Source: an uncultured Lentisphaerales bacterium
GTDB lineage: Bacteria > Verrucomicrobiota > Lentisphaeria > JABSQK01 > UBA12247
DNA: 64,000 nt
Direction: 5' to 3'
Assembly: GCA_943788985.1 (NCBI GenBank)
Contig: CALSSJ010000015.1
Location: forward strand, 1-64,000
Each line of letters starts with the position of its first letter. Within the stretch, counting starts at the first letter, position 1. Below are positions 12,826 to 24,658 of this stretch, one piece after another. Both the position numbers and the translations under genes were made by a program. The notes beneath the pieces are model-generated. The model saw nothing but the letters and a program-made list of their open reading frames with translations, did not search any database and had not been told where the DNA came from.

Positions 12826-13593
12826 ATGATTGCGTCTGAATACAGCCGAATGGCGGAATTGGAAGACCAGCACTGGTGGTATCGTGCGCTGCGAAGGCGT
12901 GTGCTCAAGGCGCTTTGCGCTGCGGTCGGCGATGCGAGTGCGCCTCGGGTGTTGGATGCTGGCTGCGGCTCCGGCGGCATGCTGAAGGCCGTGGGCACTG
13001 TCTTGCCACAGACTGATCGTGTGGGCCTCGACTTTATGCAAGAGGCGCTGGAGTCCAGCTGCAATCGTGCACAATCCGCGTTGCTCGGGGGATCTGTGAA
13101 CGCGCTGCCGTTGCGCAGTGAGAGCTTTAATGCCGTGATTAGTACCGATGTGATTTACCACCGCGATGTCAGTGATGCGGCAGCCGTGCAGGAGTTTCAG
13201 CGGGTACTGCGGCCTGGTGGCACGCTAATTCTGACTGTCGCGGCGTTCGAGAGCCTGCGTGGCCAGCATGACGTGGCTGTGCATACAGCGCGGCGATATC
13301 GTCGGGAGCAGATTGTAGCGCTGTTGGAACAGGCAGGCTTTCTGCAGGTTCGCGCACGCTACAGCTTTCACTGGCTATTCCTGCCCCTGTTCCTGTCGCG
13401 GCGGCTCTCGAGTGCCAGCAGCGAGGCTGCCCCGGACGAGCAATCAGACGTGGGGCGCGGTCCGCGCTGGCTGAACGCTGTGCTGTTCGCGGTCTGCGGG
13501 CTGGATGACTGGATCTCACGCTGGCTCCCGGTTCCATTCGGGACCTCGGTTTTTGCCACGGCTACCGCTGGCCCTGCTCAGGACGGGAGCTAG
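12826..13593 (+). CDS. Class I SAM-dependent methyltransferase
   Basis: EDQHWWY, VLDAGCGSG, RVLRPGG, HD...RRY, PFGTS. Confidence 0.9.
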   Translation: MIASEYSRMAELEDQHWWYRALRRRVLKALCAAVGDASAPRVLDAGCGSGGMLKAVGTVLPQTDRVGLDFMQEALESSCNRAQSALLGGSVNALPLRSESFNAVISTDVIYHRDVSDAAAVQEFQRVLRPGGTLILTVAAFESLRGQHDVAVHTARRYRREQIVALLEQAGFLQVRARYSFHWLFLPLFLSRRLSSASSEAAPDEQSDVGRGPRWLNAVLFAVCGLDDWISRWLPVPFGTSVFATATAGPAQDGS

Positions 13594-13595
13594 CC

Positions 13596-14555
13596 ATGGG
13601 GACCACAGATTCAATAGACCTCAGTTTCGTGATTCCGCTCTACCGGTCGGAGGACTGCGCGGAGCGCTTGATCCAAGAGCTTTCGTCCTTGAAAGATCTC
13701 TCCTACGAAGTGATTATGGTCAACGACGGTAGTCCAGACGGGACCCGCGAGAAGATTCTGGCTGCGATCACCAAGCACGGCGGGCCGTTTACCTACCTGG
13801 AGCATAATCGTAATTATGGCGAGCACAATGCCGTGATGACCGGCTACCGGCATACCCGAGGCAGATTTGTGGTGAACATGGATGACGATCTCCAAAACCC
13901 CGTCGAGGAAGCGGTGCGTCTGTACAAGCATACGGCGGCCAATGATCTCGACGCAGTCTATAGCTTCTATGAAGAGAAGAAGCATCACTGGTTCAGGAAT
14001 CTTGGGTCAAAATTCACCAATCGCATGGCTGATTGCCTAGTGGATAAGCCGAAAGGGTTCTATCTCTCGAGTTTTCGCTGCATCCGTGGCAGTATAGCCC
14101 GCTCTATTACGGACTACGTCGGGCCGTACCCGTATATTGATGGCCTGCTGTTTCAGCGGACTCAACGCGTGGGCAGGTTACAGGTCAGGCACGACGATCG
14201 CTTTGCTGGAGAGAGCAGCTACACGCTCACCTGCCTGATTCGACTGTGGCTGAATATGGCCACGTCCTTCTCGATTCTCCCGCTGCGTCTTGCGATCATG
14301 CTAGGCCTGCTGGTATCTGGGCTGAGCTTTCTGGGCGGAATTATGATTGTGGTCGAGTACTTGCTGTACGGGATCGAAACACAGGGCTACGCCTCGCTGA
14401 TGGTCGCCGTGGTATTCCTGGCTGGCGTGCAGTTATTGACTCTCGGCTTGATGGGCGAGTATCTGGGCCGGGTCTTCCTGACGATCAACGGCAAGCCGCA
14501 GGCAGTCCTGCGTGAGGACACGCCGCAACCAGTGCGCAAGACTGCTGCTCCATAA
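13596..14555 (+). CDS. GT2 polyprenol-phosphate glycosyltransferase (ArnC/GtrB-like)
   Basis: VNDGSPD, RNYGEHNA, MDDDLQNP, two C-terminal TM helices, GEYLGRV. Confidence 0.9.
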   Translation: MGTTDSIDLSFVIPLYRSEDCAERLIQELSSLKDLSYEVIMVNDGSPDGTREKILAAITKHGGPFTYLEHNRNYGEHNAVMTGYRHTRGRFVVNMDDDLQNPVEEAVRLYKHTAANDLDAVYSFYEEKKHHWFRNLGSKFTNRMADCLVDKPKGFYLSSFRCIRGSIARSITDYVGPYPYIDGLLFQRTQRVGRLQVRHDDRFAGESSYTLTCLIRLWLNMATSFSILPLRLAIMLGLLVSGLSFLGGIMIVVEYLLYGIETQGYASLMVAVVFLAGVQLLTLGLMGEYLGRVFLTINGKPQAVLREDTPQPVRKTAAP

Positions 14556-14717
14556 AGCAGCAGCTCCTGCTAGCAGGCTGGGTGGGCCTACTCATTCTGG
14601 GCTTGACCGGCCACGCTGATAAACGCTAGGAGGGCAACGTGATCGCGGTGTTCGGCCAGATCGCGTGCGATCATCTGAGGTGAAAATTGGCTCCCACAGG
14701 CGCCGGCTGGAAGCTAA

Positions 14718-15221
14718 AGTCGTGCGGCCTACCGTTGTGTTAAGGAAGGCAAGCCGCAGGCGCTTGCGGACCTCGCAGACGATCTTGCGAAGTTCGCAAC
14801 AGCGAAACTCGCCGATGATCGAAACAACTACCTCGGCTGGCTTTTTATCGAGACCTCACTATTTATCAATCCGCGCGGTCGACCAGCGGTGCTCACGCGC
14901 GGCAAGTTGCTCACGAAGATGCCGCTCTCAGGACCAGCAGGTTCGCCGCCTGACGGCGACCTACGCAAACGTCGTGATTGCCCCTGCCTGGGCGTCGAAC
15001 ACGACGATGCGGTGATGGTCCTAGGCAGTGTAAATGAAGCGGATGTGAAGCTGGTCGAGCAGTTGAAGCGTCTAGCGACTGCTCAGGCGACCACTGGGAA
15101 AGCGTCTGCTCGCAGCTTAACACCTCTAGGGGGACCGAAGCCAGATCTTTCCGGCCTCTCTTCACTGACCAGTTGTGTCTGGAACGGCGCTCTCTCGAAG
15201 CTCATGAAGGGCAAGAAGTGA
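14718..15221 (+). pseudogene. Degenerate hypothetical ORF without a clear start
   Basis: Open frame from 14718 (ALADLADDLAKFATAKL...GVEHDDAVMVLG) with no ATG/RBS at its 5' end; carries two palindrome copies. Confidence 0.25.
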
Positions 15222-15389
15222 GTGTGAGTCAAATCGCCTAAAAGTTCACAGAGTTAGAGGTGCCACGCGCTTACTGCATACTGCATCAACAGACCGTAAA
15301 GCGGTGAATTCCACCGGGGGGCTCTCGGGCTGCCTGTCGGGTGCCTCACTCGCGCGCTCCGTAACCGAAGGCCGAGTGAGGCAACCGTT

Positions 15390-17480
15390 TTACTTGGCGA
15401 GCCAGAGGGCCATGAGGTCGTCGATACCGAGCTTCGAGGCGATGCCCTGCAGCGCGTTGGCCTTGGTCGCGGTCTCGCCACCCTGTAGTGCCAGCTTCGC
15501 GAGTAAGGCAGAGACCGTCAGGTTCTTAACGTCGTCTGACCCCAGGCCGGACTCAGTCACGAGTGACTTGATCTGGCCCATGAGCTGCTCCCGAGTATCT
15601 GGATCTGCAAGACGCTGTACGACTTCGCTGTGCTCGACAAATCCGTCGACTGTTTTCGCCAAGGTGATGGACTTGAAGAACTTGTCGAGGAACTCGCCAC
15701 CGCCACCGACGATGTCGATGTTTGCCTGCTTCATGGATTCGCCCATGATTTCGGACTGATAGGCAGCAATCTGACGATCTACATCAATCTGAGCCAGCTC
15801 GATTTCCTTCTCTTTCTCGAGCTCAAGTTTGAACTCTTCATGCTCGCGGCCGACGCTGTCGAAGTTTTTCATGGCTTCGGCCTTCTTGTCGATGCCCACG
15901 GCTTCGGCTGTGAACTTGGCGTCCATAGCCTCGGCTTCTGCCTTGCCCTTGGCTGCGAATGCCACGGCTTCTGCCGTCCCTTCTAGCTCGATGCCCTGTG
16001 CTTCAGCGCGGCGACGGTCCAAGTCCGCACCTGGCCTCGGCCTTTCCAGTGACTTCGATCGCGTGGGCCTCAGCCTCACGAATCTTCACCTGCGCCAGCC
16101 CGCTGGCTGCCTCTTCGGCGATCACACCCTCCGCCAGCAGTTTCTTGCTCTCAGCTTCCTTTTCGGCCCGAATGCGCACTGCCTCGGCCTGCTTCTCGGC
16201 TTCGACCATTTCAGCACCGGCCCGTGTCTCGCGCTCCCGATATTCGCTCTTGGCGGCCAGTTCCTTGGCTTCAGCCGCCTTGGTTACGCCGACCAACTCT
16301 GCATCTGCCTTCTCTTCTGCAGCGGTGACTTCCACGCGGCGCTGACGATCTGCCCCGGCAAACGCACGGGTGTCTAAGATCTTTTCTTCCTGTTCGGCGA
16401 CGGTCTTTTCGATCGCAACCCGCTCGCGGATGACTTCGGCAATCTCTTTCTTTTCTTGCTCGAGGGCCTTGTCCTTCTCGATCTGCTTGATCGCCACCTG
16501 GCGCTCGCGCTCGGTCATCTCCAGTTCCTGGTCTCGCTGCACTCGTTCCGTTTCGACGGCGATGGTCCGTTCGCGATTCTTGATGGCCACCTCGATCTGG
16601 CGGTCCTTGTTCTCGGTCGCCACGGCCAGCTCTTCATCGGTCTTGATTCGGGCGCGCTCGGCTTTCAGGCGCTCTTCGGCCTTGACCTTCTCGGCCTCGG
16701 CGGCTTCCCGCGCCTGAATGGTTTCAATCTCTCGGTGTTGACGAGCCACTGCGTCCTCTTCCTGACGCTCCAGCGCGAGGATGCGTTCGCGGGTCCTCGA
16801 CGTCTTCTTTCTTGATGACGCGCTCCTTATTACGCTCAAACTCGTTGGTCTTGATCGCTTCCTGGGAGGTGAGGTTGGTAATCTTACGAATACCCTCTGC
16901 GTCCAGAATGTTATCCGGGTCGAGGTCGCTCTTTGGCGTCTGTTCGAGATAGTCGATGGCGACGTCTTCCAGCGCATAACCATTCAGATCAGTGCCGATG
17001 ACATCAATGATCTTCTCCTTAAAGGTATCCCGCTCGGTAAACAGATCGGTGAACTGCATTGCTTTGCCGACGGTCTTGAGTGCTTCGGAAAATTTGGCGC
17101 TGAACAGCTCCTGGAGAGTCTCCCGGTTTGAGGCCCGCGCACAGCCGACTGCCGCCGCAACTTTCTTTACATCGTCTTCGGTGGGGTTGACCCGCACGTA
17201 AAAGCTGACGGTAATATCGGCACGGATGTTGTCCTGGCAGATTAGTCCCTTCCTTGCCGCGGCGGTCGACTTCCATAGCCTTCACGGAGATGTCCATGTA
17301 CTCGGCCTTGTGGACGATCGGAATCACGATGCCCCCCTTGAAGGAAACAATGATCTTCGAGATCTGATTGATGATCAGGGCTTGGCCCTGAGCTACTTTG
17401 CGGTAGAAATTCTTGATCAGCAGGGCGGCTACGCCCAGGCCGACAATGCTCAGTACAGCGATGGCGATGGCTAAGATCAT
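15390..17480 (-). CDS. SPFH/flotillin-family protein (YqiK-like) with long coiled coil; about 3 frameshifts
   Basis: N-terminal TM, FYRKV.QGQALI, FSAKFSEALKTVGK, DNILDAEGI.KI, EA-rich coil, ANIDIVGG, KNLTVSALL. Confidence 0.85.
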
Positions 17481-17490
17481 GGTGGTACTC

Positions 17491-18183
17491 TCAGGTTATG
17501 GATTTGATTTGGTAGGAGTCGCGGTCTGCATCATACGAGACGATTACAGCTTCTGCCCCCTTCATCATCGGGTCGCGGGACCAGACTTTGAGGGCCAGAA
17601 AGCCGTCATCATGCTTGCATTCCGCCTGTCCGCTGGTCTCAGTGACCCGCGAAGATATTACCACGCAGGTCTTGCCGACCAAGTGATGATAGCCGCGGAC
17701 AGAGTTATGGCGGAATAGGAGCTTGAACGGCCGGGCCGTCAGCGAGGTCAGAAAGATCGAAATGGTAAAAATCACGATGCCCAACACGATCGCGAACAGG
17801 ATGCCAATGACCGGCTTGGCAACCCACGCTGGCATGTGTGGCAGCAGGTATAGATGATAGACCATGCCGAGCACCCAGGCCTTCATTACCAGTAGGGTGA
17901 GGATCAAGGTAGCTGGGATTGTGCCAATGTGGAGGATGCCCGAGAGAAAACCGAGTGCGCCGTGCGAGGCGCCTTCGAGGCTTCCGCCGGTTCCGTCCAG
18001 AGCGCCATCTACCGCGCCATCGATCAGCCCATCAACGCTGCCCTCCACAGCACCATCCAATGTGCCTTCGCCAATCTCCAAGCCGGTCATTGCGACGAAT
18101 AGCCAATACAACAAGACGACTCCGAGTAAGCCGGTATACGGCAACATTCCGCCAGAAATTACGACAGAAAAGAATTCAAGCAT
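17491..18183 (-). CDS. YqiJ/NfeD-like membrane protein with C-terminal OB-fold
   Basis: Three TM segments, acidic DG-rich loop, G.IP..L, LVGKTCVV..GQAE..GAEAVIV.YD; GGAGGT RBS; sits directly upstream of the flotillin. Confidence 0.8.
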   Translation of the reverse strand: MLEFFSVVISGGMLPYTGLLGVVLLYWLFVAMTGLEIGEGTLDGAVEGSVDGLIDGAVDGALDGTGGSLEGASHGALGFLSGILHIGTIPATLILTLLVMKAWVLGMVYHLYLLPHMPAWVAKPVIGILFAIVLGIVIFTISIFLTSLTARPFKLLFRHNSVRGYHHLVGKTCVVISSRVTETSGQAECKHDDGFLALKVWSRDPMMKGAEAVIVSYDADRDSYQIKSIT

Positions 18184-18287
18184 GCGAACGACCTCCCCAG
18201 GCGTGGCGTTGGGGAACAGTAGGGCGTTCTGGGTCCAGTCGCAAGCATCAAATGTTTTCTTTCCCATTATCGTTCACGTTCGTTGTC

Positions 18288-18888
18288 TCAGTCATGCTTC
18301 TCTGCGGCCAACTCAGCGTCCGCCTCATGTCGTGCTTCCACCGCATCGAGTTGGGCTTCGAGTCGACTCAGAGTATCAAAACCGTCGATGATGTCCTGAG
18401 GACGAACGGGTGGGTGATTCTTTCTGGTGCTTGCGGCAGATTGTCGAACTGCGGCCTGGCGCTTGGTCATGAGCGTGTCGCGGATACGCCGCGCTTCCTG
18501 GACCTTATCTTCGAGTTTGTGGAGTTCACCACGCAGTTCCTCGGCGATGAGGGTGGCGTTCCGGAGATCTAGATCGAGTTGCCCGACCTGTGACTTGGCG
18601 GCGGCGCGCTGCTTCAGCAGGTTCCGCGCTGTATCATCATCGCTGGTGGCTACCGCTACTTCCGGCGTCGGCCCCGAGACTGCGAACCTGAGCGCGCACT
18701 TTGGTCAGGCGCTTCTTCATTAGAGTAGAGGTGGCCAGAGCCTCGGCGGCGCGTGTGCGCTGGGTGGCGATGCCCTGTTCGATCTCGCGGATCATCTGGT
18801 TGGCGGCATGGACTGGATCTTCCAACTCATCGAGAAGGTCACTCAGGCTGGCTGCCAGCATGTCACGGACTCTTCGAAATACTGGCAT
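18288..18888 (-). CDS. PspA/IM30-family protein (second copy; frameshifted)
   Basis: MPVFRRVRDML.A.L.DLLDELEDP...NQMIREIE; DDTARNLL; C-terminal LEAQLDAVEA. Confidence 0.78.
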
Positions 18889-18890
18889 GA

Positions 18891-19571
18891 TCACTTCCCC
18901 TTTCTGGCTCGAGGCCTCTTCGCTGCAACCTTCTTCCTTAGGGCGGCGAGTTCGTCTTCCACCACTTCGTCGGCGACTTCGGTAGCCCCAAGCTCCAAGC
19001 CCTCAAGCGCCTCGATTGTGGCGAGTTTGTGCTCGAGTTCATCGAAGGCGAGGTCCAGATCAGACTCGCTGGAACGCCGCGGCACAGGCAGCGACTGCCC
19101 CGCACAGTTCTTCGTTGTGTTTGCGGATTTTCGCAGTTCGCAGTCGCGCGACCAGCAGGTCGCGGCGGTTCTTGGCACTCTGAGTGCGCTTCTGCATCGC
19201 CGCGATCTGTTCATCGAGTTTTACGGCCGTCGTTTCGTACTCGGACAACTCCTTCCTCGAAGGCCTGCTGCTTGGCTGTTTCGTCCTTTGCATGCTGCAA
19301 GGCACTGCGGGCGGTGGTCTCGTCTTTTTCCCGCCCTGCTTCTTCAGCTTCGCCGCGCCAGACGGCAGCTTTGGCGAAGGCGCGATCTGCTCGTCTGCGC
19401 AGCGAGGCGCAGGTTCCTTCCAGTTCAAGGCGACGATCGCGGAGCGTCGCCAAGGTCGTGGTGAGGTTGGCGAGCAGTCTGTCGAGTGCGGCCTCGGGAT
19501 CATCGTTGCGCTTCAGCAGGTCCATCTGTGGTCTGCTGAACAAGACTGGAGAGTCGGTCCAGGAGTGTCAT
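18891..19571 (-). CDS. PspA/IM30-family protein (first copy; frameshifted)
   Basis: MTLLDRL, DPEAALDRL, DETTARSAL, FDELEHKL, VEDELAALRKK. Confidence 0.75.
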
Positions 19572-19612
19572 GGAAGCCTCGTTTCAGGGTGACTGTGTAC
19601 AGGTGACAGACA

Positions 19613-19628
19613 AGCAAATGACGTGCCA
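19613..19628 (-). promoter_or_regulatory. sigma54 (-24/-12) promoter of the PspA-flotillin operon
   Basis: Minus strand reads TGGCACGTCATTTGCT, matching TGGCAC-N5-TTGCW; about 40 bp upstream of the ATG at 19571. Confidence 0.75.
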
Positions 19629-19734
19629 TTTGCAGGCGGATGTGCGCTAATCCCCTGACTGGGAGGAGGTTGTGGGATTTTTGCGTGTGGGCATGGGCTG
19701 CTGGGATTGGTGAAAAACACCAACCTTGTGGGTG

Positions 19735-20654
19735 CTATTCGCCACCTGCTTCGCCGTGCCAGACCCAGAGTGTGGTGACCAGCGAGCAGGCAAGTACCAG
19801 CGCGCCAATCAGGACATGGCTAGTGGTGACCAAGACCTGCCGACTGCTAAAGATGATCCCAGCGCCTAGACAGACCTGCAGGACAACCAGAGCGGTGGTG
19901 AGACACGCATAGAACCGCGCGCGTGACCGATATTGGCGGACCGCGCGCACGGCGACGATCAGGACCAAGATGGAAATCAGCAGCGCGCCCAAGCGATGCA
20001 GGTAGTGAATAGTGACGTGCCAGTTCCAATTCTTCGGGATCAAGCCGCCGTCGACTAGGGGGAAGGTGGGGATGGCTGCCCAGGCGAAGTTATGCCGGAC
20101 CAATGCGCCGATGATCAATTGGGCAACAACTATTGCGGTGAGCCCCGCACAAAGCCTGAGATCGAAACTGCGCGCATGGCCGCGCGGCTGCTCCAGCCAA
20201 TTCCTGGAGGTGAGGCAGACCAGAGTCACCAGCAGGCAGAACACGATCTGGCCGATGCAGCCATGTACGATGGCAAGATCGACGCTCACGAGGAGTACTC
20301 GCATGCCGCCAAGCAGTCCCTGGATAATTACGCCAGCGAATGCGCAAACCGCAAACCGCTTGGTCCATGCTGGCAGATCCGCGCGACAAATTGCGACCGT
20401 TAGTGCCATAGATAGGAGGCCAACGATTGCGCCAATCATGCGGTGTCCGTGCTCTTCCCGTGGTCTGGCGTTTTCCACCAGTTGGACGGATTGAAGCTGC
20501 CGTTACTCAATGGCCAGTCAGGAAAAATCATCCCGGCGCCGATTGTAGTGACTAAACCACCCGCGTAAATCAGCCCGCAAGTTACGACTGCTGTGGTGAG
20601 TGCCAGGAGGTGGATCTTGCGATGATACGAATATGCGTTTACTTGAGAGCTCAT
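19735..20654 (-). CDS. ctaA: Heme A synthase COX15/CtaA (frameshift near 20465)
   Basis: GGLVTTIGAGM.FPDWP, EHGHRMIG, QGLLGG.RV, HG..GQ, HRLGA, H..IGAL. Confidence 0.88.
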
Positions 20655-20742
20655 GGTGCCTTGGTGGAATTCGCGAAATAAACCGGCTACATTGCTTGAC
20701 TGTGTTCTGTCGCGCGCGCACTGCCATTCACGGAGTCATGAT

Positions 20743-21970
20743 ATGACCTTCATTCACGCCCTCGCTGCCATTACGGCCAGCGGTCCCATGTCATCTCGGG
20801 CATTCCTGCCCCTTTTCTTGGTTTGTTTACTCGGGGCGAGCCCAGAGGCTGCTGAGGATTTGACCAATGCGGCCATCACTTTCCCCTCCTATCTGGAGTG
20901 GCTGACAAGCCGCGAGGCGCTCGTGGTGCTAGGGGCGCTGGCACTCGCTGATGTTTCGCCGAGAAGAACCCGGAACTCCAGGAGCTGTTGAGTACCGTCT
21001 CGGGAACGGTTAAAATGGCCGCGGCTGCGATTGTATCGATGGCGATTTTGCCGCCTGATGCAGCGAGCAACCCGCACGTGCAGCAGGCGAGCATAGGAAC
21101 GGCCATGGACCATGGGCGGTGCTGTTACTGCAACTTGGTACTTGAATGGGCTGCGCAATCGATTCTTCCTATGGCTGCGGGACATGGACCCTGACGACAG
21201 CACCGGAGTCCGGAGCTTCTTCAGCCTGGCTTGAGGAGGGCTGGGGGGCAATCGGGATTCTAATTCTGGTGTTCTTGCCGATTCTCTCGATTATCATCGG
21301 TGCGGTGACGCTGGGTGGTGGTCTGGCATGGTGCGGTCGGCCACGCGGAGGATTGAGGAGCGGGACACGGTGCCGTGTCCGCATTGCGCGGAGAGTGTGA
21401 TGACGATTGCCCAGCCACTGCGGTTCCTGCAAACAGGATATACCGCTTCAGAAGCTGGCCAACTGGGGCTGGCTCGCGGACAGCACGCAGAATGAACGAG
21501 AGCACAGAGTCCGCCTGGTCGCCGAGCATCGCTGCCCAAAGTGTGCGACGCGCATCCGACCGCGCAGCTTTTTGAAGGAGGGCTGCGAGAGCTGCGGATT
21601 TACGTTCGAACCGAACGATCCTTGGTTCGATGAGTACCGGGATAAGATTTTCAGCCGGGCGAGCCGGCTGTGGGTGCCGATCACTTTGATCTCGCTGGTG
21701 CCCGGGCGCTGGGTTCGCTATCAGCCTGGTCGCGATCAAACTGTCACTGGTCGCACCGCTGTCGATCTTCCTCCATGTCGGGCAGAAGTTCAGCCTGCGC
21801 TGGGGCATGCGGATTGCCGCACTTTTTGCTGCTGCTGCTGGGGCTGCGTCCCCATCTTTTCGATGGCAGCTGCACCGCTATTGCTGATGCTTCACTTGCG
21901 TGTCTATGGGAATGCCGCGCAGAAGAATGTTGATCCTGGCTTGCCGGCTGTTGCACCGGCGGAAAGCTGA
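20743..21970 (+). CDS. DUF4126-like membrane protein with double zinc-ribbon (multiple frameshifts)
   Basis: SRAFLPLF, WL..REALVVLG, SAWLEEG, then CPHC, HCGSC, RCPKC and CESCG motifs. Confidence 0.55.
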
Positions 21971-22015
21971 GCTGGGTGGCGGGACCTAAGGCACTTGCAT
22001 CGGCACTGAAGCAGG

Positions 22016-22776
22016 GTGCGGGATTACGTGACTGATTCACGAGGGAAGGTACCTCTCTGTACCGCCTTTCGATTCTATGCTGGGGTCGGCTATCACGTCA
22101 TGACCGCCCCGCCTGCGGGTTCTCCGTGGGCTTCCGGATGCCGCTGTGATGGAACCCGGCTACCGCATTGCCTGTTGCCGCAGAGGAAAGCTGGGAGTGA
22201 GCTAAGATATCTCCGGGCTGCGCCACCTGCAAGGACTCGAGCAGCCTGCTGTGATCATCGCCAATCACATGAGTACGTTTGAAACTCTGATTTTGCCGGT
22301 GATCGCCGGTGGTCGGCGCCCGCTCAGTTTTGTCTTGAAAGAAAGCCTGCCCAAGTACCCTATTTTCGGGCCGGTTGTTTTAGCTGGCAGGCCGATTGTG
22401 GTCGGTCGCACCAATCCGCGCGAGGACCTTAGAGTGGTACTGCACGAGGGAATGGCGCGGCTGGAAGCTGGCCGGAACGTGGTGGTGTTTCCGCAAGGAC
22501 ACAGGCGCCCCGGATTCGAAGCGGAGAACTTTAATTCAATGGGGATTAAGCTGGCGAAGAGGGCCGGTGTCCTAGTGGTGCCGTTGGCCCTGATGACTGA
22601 CTTTTGGAGCGAAGGGCGGCGCGTCAAGGGATGTTGGCCCTATCTATCCGGATCGGCCGGTTCGTTTTGCCTTTGGCAAGCCGCTGGAGGTGGTTGGCAA
22701 CGGGAAGGAGCAGCACGCACAGTGTGTGGACTTTATCGCCGAGACATTGAAAGGCTGGGGAATCGAGACGAGGTAA
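22016..22776 (+). CDS. plsC: 1-acyl-sn-glycerol-3-phosphate acyltransferase (frameshifted)
   Basis: ANHMSTFE, FVLKESL, VFPQG.R, KLAKRAGV.VVP. Confidence 0.8.
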
Positions 22777-22781
22777 ACTGG

Positions 22782-23268
22782 ATGATCAAGAAGCCTGTCG
22801 TCCTGTTTCTGTGTACTGGCAATTCATGCCGCAGCCAAATGGCCGAAGGCTGGCTTCGGACCCTGCATGGCGGTCTCGTGGAGGCGCGTTCTGCGGGAAT
22901 CGTGGCACATGGTCTCAATCCCTATGCGGTGCAGGTAATGGCCGACGCTGGCGTAGACATCACCGGTCAAGCTTCTGAGTGTCTTGATGCGCACAATCTA
23001 AGACGAGATTGAACTTGTCGTCTCAGTGTGTGGGAACGCCCGCGAATCGTGCCCAGTGCTGCCTCGGGAAGTTCTTACCTTGCATGTTCCGTTCGACGAT
23101 CCGCCGGCACTGGCTCGCGAGGCTGCCGACGATGAGGCGGCGCTGGCGTGTTACCGTCGCGTGCGGGATGAGATCAGGAAGTTTGTTGGCCATGACGGAC
23201 TTTGCCAGAGTATGTGCAGGATGGACGCGTTGCGCAGGGGATTGCAGGCGATCATTCACTGTTACTGA
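22782..23268 (+). CDS. arsC: LMW-PTP-fold arsenate reductase ArsC (frameshift near 23005)
   Basis: VLFLCTGNSCRSQMAEG, VCGNARESCP, PFDDP, RRVRDEIR. Confidence 0.85.
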
Positions 23269-23325
23269 TTGATCTTTGCTATCTTATTGGTAGCGTCCCG
23301 CTGTCACGGAAGTTTCTGAGGTTCT

Positions 23326-24658
23326 ATGCGCAACGTCTTTACTTTTGCTCGCTTAACACTGAAGCTGCTGGCGCGCAACCGCGCCGTCCATGCGGTGTTG
23401 GCGCTGGTATTGGTGGTTTCTGCAGGCGTGTTTTGGAATGCGCGCGCGGATGGACAGTTGATCAATGAACTCCCCGGTTCGCATCCAATACAGCCTTGGG
23501 ATTACCTATGCGCTGATGACGTTAGTCATGATGGCGCTCGCCTGTTTTGCGGTGCGCTCGCAGCTGGATCAAAAGCAGATCCATACGGTGACCTCCCGGC
23601 CGATTAGCAGGCTGCAGATCTACTTTGGCCAGTGGCTGGGGGTACTCATGCTGGCGATCGTGGCCGAGGGCGTGATGCTGGCTGGACTGTTGACGCTGAC
23701 CTGGCACCATGCCGGCTCCTATGACGAGGAGGCGCGCAACGCGGCTTGGCAGGAGTTCGGCGTCGTTCGGTACGAGGCCCACCCACAGCAACGCGACCTG
23801 GGCGACTTGGTCGATGAGGAGATTGTGCGCCTGCGGGAGATTGGCACGCTGGAGGGCCGGGTTACGGCTGACTTTCGCGCAACGCTAGCCAGCAACGTGC
23901 GCAGCACACAGCAGCTCTGCCTTCCGAACGCCAAGCGGACCTGGCGCTTCGCGCTGCCAAAGGAGCCCAGCGAGGGAGAGACGGTCGAGCTGAGATTCAA
24001 ATACTACGCTGGCGGCAGGCCAGAGTCGCTGCCGCTTACCTGGGATATCGCCGCCCAAGATTCGCAGCAGGGGTATACCGTTAAAGTGGAACGATCTGCG
24101 AGTCGCCGACACACCCTCAAGATCCCGATGGCAGAATTTCCCAAGTCTCGCAGCATTGCGGTGACGCTGACCAATCATAGCGACCGCGAGATCATCCTGG
24201 GCCGCACCAGCGGCGTGCGTATTCGCTATATAGACGGCGGGTGGCTTTCAAACATGCTGCGCGGCGCGGGCCTCCATGTGCTACATCTCGGCACGGTTTG
24301 CGCGGTTGGCATGATGGCGGGGATCGCATTCACCTTCCCCGTTGCCGTCTTCGTTTCGCTGGCTTTGTTTCTGTCCTCCATGGCCGGCCAGTTCTTCAGC
24401 GGCATAGCCCGAGAACTTCTCTCGCATGATGGAATTACACTGGCAGAGCGCCTCGCCGTGGTCATGATCAAAACCGGACAGTGGCTGACGGGGGGAATGC
24501 AGCCACCAGAATTGATCCGCTCGCTTGCCACTGGGGTTGTGGTGTCTTGGGGGGACAGCTCAGTCTGGATCATGCAGACGCTGATGTACTGTCTCATTGC
24601 CGCGGCATTGGGCTGCGTGATTCTGCAACGAAAAGAACTATCCAAGCTTCAGGCATGA
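23326..24658 (+). CDS. ABC-2-type permease-like membrane protein with a large periplasmic insert (frameshift near 23475)
   Basis: IHTVTSRPISRLQIYFGQWLG motif, multiple TM helices, C-terminal ILQRKEL. Confidence 0.7.

Noticed and set aside
22251..23012. Apparent PlsC-ArsC fusion ORF
   Set aside because: Artefact of a frameshift near 22630; plsC ends at TAA 22776 and arsC has its own ATG at 22782.
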